Source: a virus. Taken from it: a DNA stretch of 42,680 bases. The stretch is from positions 1-42,680 of IMG/VR virus record IMGVR_UViG_3300045988_068495, one strand, 5' to 3'. Made by a program: the position numbers and the translations under genes. Below, piece by piece: positions 33,852-40,691 of the stretch. Position 1 is the first letter of the stretch, and each line of letters begins with the position of its first letter. The notes below the pieces were generated by a model that worked only from the letters and a program-made list of their open reading frames with translations, was not told where the DNA came from and searched no databases.

Positions 33852-33903
33852 TATTCGCTTTCCCCCTTTGGATATTCGCCATAATAAAATTTAAAGCGAA
33901 TAA
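33851..33903. promoter_or_regulatory. 11-bp perfect inverted repeat enclosing the int RBS and start
   Basis: TTATTCGCTTT (33851-33861) and AAAGCGAATAA (33893-33903). Confidence 0.4.
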
Positions 33904-33912
33904 CGCCCACGG

Positions 33913-34476
33913 TTAATCCCGCGGGCTTTTTGCGTTTTTGATAATCATCTTAGCTGTGTAGGCCATTAACGCTATTGCTGCGATAACCACGACAGCCAGC
34001 AGGACGGCAAGCGCAGACATTCCGGCAGACTGAAACAAGCCAGCTCGCGTCATGCGAATGTCTAAAAAGATATAACCTATCGTTGCACACAGCAGCAGAG
34101 CGCAAACGCCGATCAGGCCAAACATCAGCGGCTTATACACAGCACCGAGAGCCTTATAATGCTCGACGGTGCTTTTTAATATGCCGTTTTCATGCTCAAG
34201 CTCGTATACTTGCTGCTGTTGTTCGCCTGTAGGCACTTCCGGCGCGCGTAAGCCCATCAGCTCATCGAGCGACAGACCGAGGGCTTTACAGGTTGCCGCA
34301 GAGTAATAAAGCAGCGGCTGCTTCGTAGCGCCGGAGTTGACGGAGCAAATGCTGTTGTAAGGAACGCCGCTTATCCTTGCCAGCTCTGCCAGCGTAAGAC
34401 TGCTTGAAGCTCTCGCTTTTCGCAGTGCCTCAGGGTACTCGTCAAAGTAAGATTGCATGTCCTCCATTTTTGACAC
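33913..34476 (-). CDS. Membrane-anchored XRE-type HTH protein (HTH, coiled segment, 2 TM helices)
   Basis: LTLAELARISGVPYNSICSVNSG (HTH). LMFGLIGVCALLLCATIGYIFL and ALAVLLAVVVIAAIALMAY (TM). GTG start lies 7 nt after GGGGAG. Confidence 0.65.
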   Translation of the reverse strand: MSKMEDMQSYFDEYPEALRKARASSSLTLAELARISGVPYNSICSVNSGATKQPLLYYSAATCKALGLSLDELMGLRAPEVPTGEQQQQVYELEHENGILKSTVEHYKALGAVYKPLMFGLIGVCALLLCATIGYIFLDIRMTRAGLFQSAGMSALAVLLAVVVIAAIALMAYTAKMIIKNAKSPRD

Positions 34477-34501
34477 ATTGCATCTCCCCTATTAAAATTT
34501 T

Positions 34502-34613
34502 TTGAAATACACGAGAAATTATTGAAATACACGATGAATTCGGCGAAAACACGAAAATTTCGGGTAATTCCCGAAATCGATTTCGGTTGTTTCTTTAAAG
34601 TTTCGGTTATTTC
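34502..34613. promoter_or_regulatory. Phased operator-like repeat array with a 20-nt period
   Basis: TTGAAATACACGA at 34502 and 34522, with a degenerate copy GAAAACACGA at 34545. Inverted repeat ATTTCGGG-N5-CCCGAAAT at 34557-34577. TTTCGGTT(G/A)TTTC at 34581 and 34601. Confidence 0.5.
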
Positions 34614-34743
34614 TGTATAGACATTTGTCAATACAGGCACTACGCTATAAGTACAGCAAGCAATATTTTACAAACGCTGTGTGAAAAAATGTCCTGCCCT
34701 GTTGGCGCAGCGGCAGGATGGATTAAATTAAAGAGGTGCAGCA

Positions 34744-34899
34744 ATGAGAAACAACACGAAAAAAACTACGCCCGAACCCCTAAGGGCTAAGTGGCTTGCG
34801 AGAAACAAAACCATTATAATAATAACCGAGGCCAGCGACGAGCGCATACAGGAGCTTCTGAGGCTGTTTGACGACGGTCACAGACTGCCGGGGTCATGA
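34744..34899 (+). CDS. Small hypothetical protein (51 aa, below the ORF-track cutoff)
   Basis: ATG 34744 lies 6 nt after AAAGAGGTG. Product begins MRNNTKKTTPEPLRAKWLARNKTIIIITEASDERIQELL. Confidence 0.35.
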   Translation: MRNNTKKTTPEPLRAKWLARNKTIIIITEASDERIQELLRLFDDGHRLPGS

Positions 34900-34903
34900 A
34901 AAA

Positions 34904-35281
34904 TCAAGGATAGCTTTCCCCCATGTTATCGAGGTATGGCTTGCCGGTAGCGCAATGCTCCCATCCTTTATTGAAACCTGCTTTAAACCCGGTTTTGTAT
35001 CCGTTGTTCATTCCGTCCAAAAATGATTGTATTCCAACACCGTCATAGTCTTCCAAACTCCAACCAAAGGGATATTTTTCGTAATCACTATTGTATGGCT
35101 CGTCATGCTCATAGGCTAAATAACCAACATAGTACCCTAACGAGTATGCTTTCTCATATGTCATATCGTGCCCATAATAAGATTCGACTGGAAGCTCTTT
35201 TTCGCTATCGTTATTACAGGAACCCGGCAATAATAAACAGAGCAAGATAATTGCTATCACAATACCCGTTTTTTTATCCAT
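34904..35281 (-). CDS. Predicted lipoprotein (moron)
   Basis: MDKKTGIVIAIILLCLLLPGSC carries a signal peptide and lipobox. ATG 35281 lies 8 nt after GGAG. The local sequence is AT-rich. Confidence 0.6.
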   Translation of the reverse strand: MDKKTGIVIAIILLCLLLPGSCNNDSEKELPVESYYGHDMTYEKAYSLGYYVGYLAYEHDEPYNSDYEKYPFGWSLEDYDGVGIQSFLDGMNNGYKTGFKAGFNKGWEHCATGKPYLDNMGESYP

Positions 35282-35505
35282 GCGCATTTCTCCATAATAA
35301 GGCTTGCATTTTGTATGCAAATGCGTTATTATCTAAATAAGATAAATAACAATTCTACTATATCCTATCCAAATATACGAATAGGCATATCTCAACTGCT
35401 TATACATATAATAGCACTATTACGCCAAAAAAGGTATAAATATTTACATTTTCGGCAGTTTGTCTGAAACGGGAGACGGAAACTGCACAGTTTGCACAAA
35501 GTAAA

Positions 35506-35742
35506 TCAGCCAAAGCACTTTTCGCAAACGGTAAAGCCCTTGTCTATAGCTTCACTGTAGGTCATGACATCATAGTATTTCATGCCGCTGCAATCATTGT
35601 AACGATGTATTTTGCCGCCGCTTTGACTGACATACACAGTTCTATTGTCGCCGGGCACAGTTTCGGCGCTGTCCTTGGCACAAGCGCAAAGCGAAAACAC
35701 CATGCACAAAGCAAGCAGCAAACAAATAAGACGTTTTTTCAT
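35506..35742 (-). CDS. Predicted small lipoprotein with a C-terminal Cys pair
   Basis: MKKRLICLLLALCMVFSLCAC (lipobox), GGKIHRYNDCSGM ... TVCEKCFG. Confidence 0.65.
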   Translation of the reverse strand: MKKRLICLLLALCMVFSLCACAKDSAETVPGDNRTVYVSQSGGKIHRYNDCSGMKYYDVMTYSEAIDKGFTVCEKCFG

Positions 35743-35785
35743 AAAATCAACTCCCTAAACAAATACATGAGAGAGAGGAATAAAA

Positions 35786-36085
35786 ATGTTAACTGATGAA
35801 CAAATGAGGGTACTGTGCGAGATGCTTGGGTACTTCCCGGCATTTGCGGAAGAAAAAGAAGCTTTCAACCGCCTCACTGCGGATGCGACAAAAAAGCAAG
35901 CAGGCTTTCTTGAGCGCGTTAAAACCCGGTTCAAGGATTTAGCCGGAGACCCGGAGCGCAGGGCAATCGAAACCAAACTGACGGCCTACATATGCGTAAT
36001 GGAGGAAAAGCAATTAATACATTGGAAAGGCTTTTTGGAAGGCTGCCAAGCCACGGAAAAGAGGTACAAAGATGCTGACCGCTGA
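35786..36085 (+). CDS. Hypothetical protein, paralogous N-terminus with 36072..36272
   Basis: MLTDEQMRVLCEMLGYFPAFAEEKE compares with MLTADELEMFRYELDHNFPMFSEWEKE. Confidence 0.45.
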   Translation: MLTDEQMRVLCEMLGYFPAFAEEKEAFNRLTADATKKQAGFLERVKTRFKDLAGDPERRAIETKLTAYICVMEEKQLIHWKGFLEGCQATEKRYKDADR

Positions 36086-36272
36086 CGAACTGGAAATGTT
36101 CCGCTATGAGCTGGATCATAACTTCCCCATGTTCAGCGAGTGGGAAAAGGAAAAGCTCATGGATCTTGCGGAGCACGGCACCGGCAGCCTGATCAGGGCT
36201 CTGACTTGTCTTGCCGAAGCATATCAGCGGATTGAAGAAGGTGCTGGCGACGCTCAGGAGGAAGTTTGCTAA
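36072..36272 (+). CDS. Hypothetical protein; its 3' end overlaps the convergent repressor gene
   Basis: Track ORF, overlapping the upstream paralog by 14 nt. Confidence 0.4.
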   Translation: MLTADELEMFRYELDHNFPMFSEWEKEKLMDLAEHGTGSLIRALTCLAEAYQRIEEGAGDAQEEVC

Positions 36273-36651
36273 GCGCAGAGGCAAAGGCAAGCAGCTCATC
36301 ATAGGTCATGCCCTGCCCACCGTCTTTAAGCATTTTTAAAATAATATTAGTGTCATGCAATGACAGTCCGTTTGTGCTTTCAAGCACACCGTCATAAGCT
36401 GACCACATAGCATCGTTTTTATCGAGCTCTTCATCCGTCGGGATGGAGGGCTCTTTTTTTATGCCGAAAAGCAGCTCTTCGGGAGCTACCCCGAAATAAT
36501 CGGCAATCATTTTAACAGTCGTGGAGCGGGGCGTAGCACCAGCTCTCCAACGGCTCAATATAGAGTTACTTTCGATACCTATATTTTTTAATGCGGTGTA
36601 CGGCCTAATCTGATTTTTTTCACACAGCAGCATAAAGTTGTCATAAAACAC
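36193..36651 (-). CDS. CI-like XRE-family repressor without an S24 peptidase domain
   Basis: FYDNFMLLCEKNQIRPYTALKNIGIESNSILSRWRAGATPRSTTVKMIADYFGV. GTG 36651 follows GTGGGGGG. The track ORF extends to 36693. Confidence 0.7.
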   Translation of the reverse strand: MFYDNFMLLCEKNQIRPYTALKNIGIESNSILSRWRAGATPRSTTVKMIADYFGVAPEELLFGIKKEPSIPTDEELDKNDAMWSAYDGVLESTNGLSLHDTNIILKMLKDGGQGMTYDELLAFASALSKLPPERRQHLLQSADMLRQDKSEP

Positions 36652-36711
36652 AAAATACACCCCCCACTTTTTGTGCAAGATGCCTTTTCTCACGGAAAAT
36701 CAGAAAAACGC

Positions 36712-36740
36712 TTGAAATCTGATTAAAAGTTAGATATACT
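36712..36740 (+). promoter_or_regulatory. Strong sigma-A-type promoter divergent from the repressor gene
   Basis: TTGAAA (36712-36717), 17-nt spacer, TATACT (36735-36740). It is flanked by the inverted repeat AATCAGA (36698-36704) / TCTGATT (36718-36724). Confidence 0.6.
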
Positions 36741-36878
36741 TTGAAACAGTGAGACGCGCTCTATCGAAAGTGAGACAGAACGGCAATAAATATTTGATTG
36801 GTGGCACATTCATAATAACTTATTGTTTCCGTTTTGTCAATATTAAATCTCACAAAAAGCAAGAAAGGAGGGAGAAAA

Positions 36879-36980
36879 GTGAAGAACCGCAGAGCGTTCA
36901 GGATACTGGTGTTCCTGTTAACGCAAATCGCAGCAATTCTCGCATCGGTTGTTACAGTAATCCTTGTAACCAAAGGATAA
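36879..36980 (+). CDS. 33-aa hydrophobic peptide (type I toxin-like or small membrane protein)
   Basis: GTG 36879 lies 7 nt after AAAGGAGGGAG. Product MKNRRAFRILVFLLTQIAAILASVVTVILVTKG. Its 3' end overlaps the convergent gene 36952..37293 by 29 nt. Confidence 0.45.
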   Translation: MKNRRAFRILVFLLTQIAAILASVVTVILVTKG

Positions 36981-37293
36981 TCAACGAACCGCCAAAACCC
37001 GAGAGCAAACCACCGACAATGCCGTAGGAAGCAATGAGGTAATCATGTACTCTCGCAGCTTTTTCCCTGCGGAGCATGGTAGCGTGGTCGCTTAAAGCGT
37101 GCTTTCCGGCTTTAGTAATGCGGTAGCTCGAGCCCGAAAAGCTGATGAAAGACAGCTCGTCACACAGTTCGTGCAGTTCTGCATCAACTGAGAGGCATTG
37201 CTTGGCGGGAAAAGCGTCAAACAGCTCTTTAGGGCTGGCAGATGTTACGGGCTGTAAGTGAGCAAGTATTTTGTACTGGATGTCATTAAGCAT
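36952..37293 (-). CDS. Winged-helix-like protein with a C-terminal TM helix
   Basis: RBS AAAAAGGAGGTAAGC. MLNDIQYKILAHLQ.. and a tail YGIVGGLLSGFGGSLIILWL. Confidence 0.55.
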   Translation of the reverse strand: MLNDIQYKILAHLQPVTSASPKELFDAFPAKQCLSVDAELHELCDELSFISFSGSSYRITKAGKHALSDHATMLRREKAARVHDYLIASYGIVGGLLSGFGGSLIILWLQGLL

Positions 37294-37315
37294 TAGCTTA
37301 CCTCCTTTTTATAGG

Positions 37316-37344
37316 AGGGTATCACGAAATGTAAGCAATTGCAA
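37316..37344 (-). promoter_or_regulatory. Candidate minus-strand promoter (TTGCAA-17-TGaTACCCT)
   Basis: It has the same geometry and the same TTTCGTGATA segment as the promoter at 38303..38331. Confidence 0.3.
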
Positions 37345-37363
37345 CAGAAAGGAGGCAGAATGA

Positions 37364-37549
37364 GTGAACTTTAAAAAAGCAAGACTGGCGGCAGGGCTTA
37401 CGCTCGACGAAGCTGCAAAAAAGCTCGGCTATGACCATACCGCTATTGTCGGATGGGAAAAAGGCAAGTGGCTGCCAAGAGCAGCAAAACTGCCGGAAAT
37501 TGCGAAAGTCTACGGCTGCACCGTAGACGAGCTGTTAAAGGAGGAGTAA
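37364..37549 (+). CDS. Cro-like XRE HTH protein
   Basis: LTLDEAAKKLGYDHTAIVGWEKGKWLPRAAKLPEIAKVYGCTVDELL. GTG start follows AAAGGAGG. Confidence 0.7.
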   Translation: MNFKKARLAAGLTLDEAAKKLGYDHTAIVGWEKGKWLPRAAKLPEIAKVYGCTVDELLKEE

Positions 37550-37552
37550 TCC

Positions 37553-37813
37553 GTGCCAAGAACAAGGTTTGACAAGGTCGCTCGCGACCCTCTGAAAGAG
37601 CTCGTGCTCGGTAGAAAAGGCGCGTTGCAGCTGAGCGAGGTCAAGCTTGCCGCCAAAATGGGCATAAGCGTAGGGCGTTACCGCTCGATGATGGGCGGAA
37701 CGTCGGACGCGTGGAAAATCGGAGAGGTCAAGGCGCTGTCAAGGGCGTTGGATATCCCGATAGACGAGCTGAGGGCACTTGTGGGCAAGTGCGGAAAGGG
37801 GAAAGGACAATGA
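37553..37813 (+). CDS. HTH-like early protein
   Basis: GTG start follows AAGGAGGAG. Pattern LSEVKLAAKMGISVGRYRSMMGG...IDELRAL. Confidence 0.5.
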   Translation: MPRTRFDKVARDPLKELVLGRKGALQLSEVKLAAKMGISVGRYRSMMGGTSDAWKIGEVKALSRALDIPIDELRALVGKCGKGKGQ

Positions 37814-37947
37814 TACTGGTTTGGTTTTGCGTGGCCGTCATGGGCATCGTATTTACGATAGGCGGCATTGTATCGGCGCTTGTGTGGTTTGCCGATACTG
37901 CGGAGGCCGAGTGCGCGAAGAGGCGCGGGAGATACACATTTAAATAA
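37810..37947 (+). CDS. Small membrane protein (45 aa)
   Basis: ATGA overlap with the upstream gene. Product begins MILVWFCVAVMGIVFTIGGIVSALVWF. Confidence 0.4.
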   Translation: MILVWFCVAVMGIVFTIGGIVSALVWFADTAEAECAKRRGRYTFK

Positions 37948-37959
37948 GGAGGAATAACG

Positions 37960-38106
37960 ATGACTGCTGATAAGCGGATAAAAGAAGAAGACCGCATGCA
38001 ATGCACATGCGGTCGGGATGTGAGCAAAAGGTGGCACTTTTGCCCGAAATGCGGAAAGCTGATTCAGTCGAATGAAGCGGGAGATATGAATTTTTCTATT
38101 AAGTAA
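37960..38106 (+). CDS. Small zinc-ribbon protein (48 aa)
   Basis: ATG follows TAAGGAGGAATAACG. Contains CTCG..17 aa..CPKCG. Confidence 0.45.
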   Translation: MTADKRIKEEDRMQCTCGRDVSKRWHFCPKCGKLIQSNEAGDMNFSIK

Positions 38107-38279
38107 GTTGTTTCGCTGCCACACTGTGGGCAGTAGCAGGCCTCAGGCGGTAGCTCGTCCTCAGAGTTATAATAACAGTTTTCGTCTCTGCAATGGTTTT
38201 GCAAAGGCATACCACAATTGAAACAATAATAATCGCTATCGTTACAGCAGGGGTTATCGCAACGCGGGCATGTACGCAT
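38064..38279 (-). CDS. Cys-rich zinc-ribbon protein (71 aa)
   Basis: MRTCPRCDNPCCNDSDYYCFNCG..CYCPQCG. RBS AAGGATG. A candidate promoter lies upstream. Confidence 0.45.
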   Translation of the reverse strand: MRTCPRCDNPCCNDSDYYCFNCGMPLQNHCRDENCYYNSEDELPPEACYCPQCGSETTYLIEKFISPASFD

Positions 38280-38302
38280 ATAAACACATCCTTTTTTCAA
38301 AA

Positions 38303-38331
38303 AGAATATCACGAAAAATTGCAAATATCAA
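38303..38331 (-). promoter_or_regulatory. Minus-strand promoter TTGATA-17-TATTCT with an extended -10 TG
   Basis: On the + strand, TATCAA at 38326-38331 and AGAATA at 38303-38308. TCGTGA lies directly upstream of the -10. Confidence 0.5.
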
Positions 38332-38352
38332 GTATCAAAGGAGAAACAATAA

Positions 38353-38838
38353 ATGAACCTTTATTGGGTAGATAACGCGATCTACAAGCTCTACGACGAG
38401 TTTGTAGACCCTGAGACGGGGGAGCTTACAGACCCCGAAGCGTTCGCGGCAAGGTATGCGGAGCTTAGTATAAGCCGCGAGGAGATCATTGAAAACACGC
38501 TGCTGCTTTACAAAAACTGCGTAAGCGACGCGGCAGCGATTGCGGAGGAAATCAAGGTGCTCAAGGCACGTCAGGCCGCGCTTGAGAAACGTGCGGACAG
38601 GCTCAAGGCTGACGCTTCCGACGCGCTGGGCGGCGAGAAGTTCCAGACCGCGAAAGTGGCGGTATCGTGGCGCCCCAGCACGGCAGTCGAAGTTGACGAG
38701 AGCCTTTGCCCTAAGAAGTATATGCGAAAAAAGGTGGTAATTGCACCGGATAAGCTATCCATTACAGCGGCGCTCAAAGCCGGTCAGGAGATACCCGGCT
38801 GTAAGCTGGTCGAGCGCGTGAACATGAGCGTGAGGTGA
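38353..38838 (+). CDS. Siphovirus Gp157-family protein
   Basis: Full-length pattern match to the remembered family: LY.. N-terminus, central coiled coil, C-terminal KAGQEIPGCKLVERVNMSVR. Confidence 0.7.
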   Translation: MNLYWVDNAIYKLYDEFVDPETGELTDPEAFAARYAELSISREEIIENTLLLYKNCVSDAAAIAEEIKVLKARQAALEKRADRLKADASDALGGEKFQTAKVAVSWRPSTAVEVDESLCPKKYMRKKVVIAPDKLSITAALKAGQEIPGCKLVERVNMSVR

Positions 38839-38842
38839 GAAG

Positions 38843-39502
38843 ATGGACAACCTTAAATACTACAACATGGGGCGCAGCGTCCCCGACAGTGCGCTAAAGC
38901 CGATAACCGCCGGGCGCTTGAAGGGCATGAGCGACATCAACCCGATGTGGCGAATCAAGATGCTGACGGAGATGTTCGGACCTGCCGGTGTCGGCTGGTG
39001 GTACGAGATCACCGACAAACGCCTTGAGCATGACCCGATAAGCAAGCAGACGGCGGCATTCGTCGATATCAAACTTTACTACGTAGACCCCGAGACCGGC
39101 GTGGAAAGCCACGGTATCCCCGGCACTGGCGGCGCAAGCTTTGTGGCGCAGGAACGCAACGGGGCGTATATGTCGGATGAGTGCTACAAGATGAGCCTAA
39201 CCGACGCGATAAGCGTTGCGGCCAAGGCGCTGGGCATCGGCGCAGACATTTATTTCAGCAGAGACGAAACGAAATACAACGACAAGCCGAAGATCGAGAA
39301 AAAGCCGCCGGTCGAGCAGCCTGCAAAGCCGAAAGAGGATTTAGTTTACCGCTGCGAAAAGTGCAATCATCCGCTGACTATCTATTTCGGCGCTGACGGC
39401 AAGCCTATATCCCTCCGCAAGTGGAGCGAGGGCACGAAAAAGAAATTCGGCAAGGTGCTTTGCGATAAATGCGTAGAGGCTGAAAAAAATGCAGATCAGT
39501 AA
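38843..39502 (+). CDS. Single-strand annealing protein (Rad52/Sak-like) with a C-terminal zinc ribbon
   Basis: GMSDINPMWRIKMLTEMFGPAGVGWWYE, MSLTDAISVAAKALGIGADIYFSRD and CEKC..CDKC. Confidence 0.5.
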   Translation: MDNLKYYNMGRSVPDSALKPITAGRLKGMSDINPMWRIKMLTEMFGPAGVGWWYEITDKRLEHDPISKQTAAFVDIKLYYVDPETGVESHGIPGTGGASFVAQERNGAYMSDECYKMSLTDAISVAAKALGIGADIYFSRDETKYNDKPKIEKKPPVEQPAKPKEDLVYRCEKCNHPLTIYFGADGKPISLRKWSEGTKKKFGKVLCDKCVEAEKNADQ

Positions 39503-39992
39503 AGCGGAGCTTACGCCGGATGGGATAAGACTCACGGTTTCCCGAGACGAGGCGCGGCGCTTCTGCTACAGCTTCAAGCCGGGCGAGTACGATATCAAGA
39601 AAACGCGCAAAAAGCGCAGTCTGGATGCTAACGCCTATGCATGGAAACTGATAAACGACATATCGCTTGCCACGCGGATAAGCCCGGAAGAAGTTTACCG
39701 AAATGCGCTGCTGGATATCCCGACGCTGTATTACATAGCACTGATACCCGACGAGTACACCGATGCGGCCATGACCGACTGGCAGAAAGGGCACATCGGG
39801 CGCAAGGCGGAAAAAGAACCGGCATACACGGGCTATTCAAATATGTTTTTCCACATGGGCAGCTCAGACTTCGACACACGGCAGATGTCAATGCTTATCG
39901 ACAACCTGATACAGGATTGCCGGGCACTGGACATTGAGACAAGGCCGCAGGACGAGATCGAGGCGCTTTTGGAGGCGTGGGATGGCAGATAG
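39489..39992 (+). CDS. NinB/Orf-like recombination mediator (tentative)
   Basis: The KKRSLDANAYAWKLINDIS motif resembles the lambda NinB RSLDQN motif. Confidence 0.4.
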   Translation: MQISKAELTPDGIRLTVSRDEARRFCYSFKPGEYDIKKTRKKRSLDANAYAWKLINDISLATRISPEEVYRNALLDIPTLYYIALIPDEYTDAAMTDWQKGHIGRKAEKEPAYTGYSNMFFHMGSSDFDTRQMSMLIDNLIQDCRALDIETRPQDEIEALLEAWDGR

Positions 39993-40260
39993 CATCATGC
40001 AGAGCCGCCGGGAATGCTACATCACCGGCGACACACAGGGTCTAAACCGGCACCATGTATACGGCGGAGGACGCAGGCAAGCCGCCGACAAATGGGGCTG
40101 CTGGGTGTGGCTGCGCTGGGACTGGCACACCGGCGCAGAATACAGCGTACACCGAAACCGCGATTTTGATTTGCGCTTAAAACGTGAGTGCCAGGAACGA
40201 TTTGAAAAACTATACGGACACGAAAAGTTCATGGAAGTGTTCGGCAAATCATGGATTTGA
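39982..40260 (+). CDS. Conserved hypothetical phage protein (Cys/His-containing)
   Basis: ATG 39982 overlaps the upstream stop. Pattern RECYITGDTQGLNRHHVYGGGRRQAADKWGCWVWL. Confidence 0.45.
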   Translation: MADSIMQSRRECYITGDTQGLNRHHVYGGGRRQAADKWGCWVWLRWDWHTGAEYSVHRNRDFDLRLKRECQERFEKLYGHEKFMEVFGKSWI

Positions 40261-40271
40261 AAGGAGAAACA

Positions 40272-40679
40272 ATGCTTAATCAGATAACCATCATGGGCAG
40301 ACTGACGAGGACGCCCGAAACGCGATACACGCGGACTAACATCCCGGTTGCGTCATTCACGGTCGCCTGTCAGCGCGACTATGCCGGAAGCGAGGGCGGC
40401 AAGCCCAAGACGGATTTCATAAACTGCGAGGCATGGCGCTCAACGGCTGACTTCGTCGGCAAATACTTCGAGACCGGCAGCATGATAGTTGTGCAGGGCA
40501 GGCTTGCAATGGACGAATGGCAGGACAACGACGGCAAACGGAGAGTTACCGCAAAGGTCGTTGCAGAGCATGTCTATTTCGGTGAGAGCCGCCGCGCTGT
40601 ATCCGTACCCTCGCCCGATATATCCGCAGCAGACTTTGAAGAGCTGCCGGACGATGGTGAAGATTCGCTTCCGTTCTGA
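40272..40679 (+). CDS. ssb: Single-stranded DNA-binding protein
   Basis: MLNQITIMGRLTRTPETRYT (OB fold) and an acidic tail DDGEDSLPF. RBS AAAGGAGAAAC. Confidence 0.85.
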   Translation: MLNQITIMGRLTRTPETRYTRTNIPVASFTVACQRDYAGSEGGKPKTDFINCEAWRSTADFVGKYFETGSMIVVQGRLAMDEWQDNDGKRRVTAKVVAEHVYFGESRRAVSVPSPDISAADFEELPDDGEDSLPF

Positions 40680-40691
40680 CGAGGTGGAAAT

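Noticed and set aside
36749-37027. A 92-aa + strand track ORF in the immunity region.
   Set aside because: - It has no SD and a basic, low-complexity product.
- A 33-codon ORF in another frame has a near-perfect SD and a coherent TM peptide, so that ORF was preferred.
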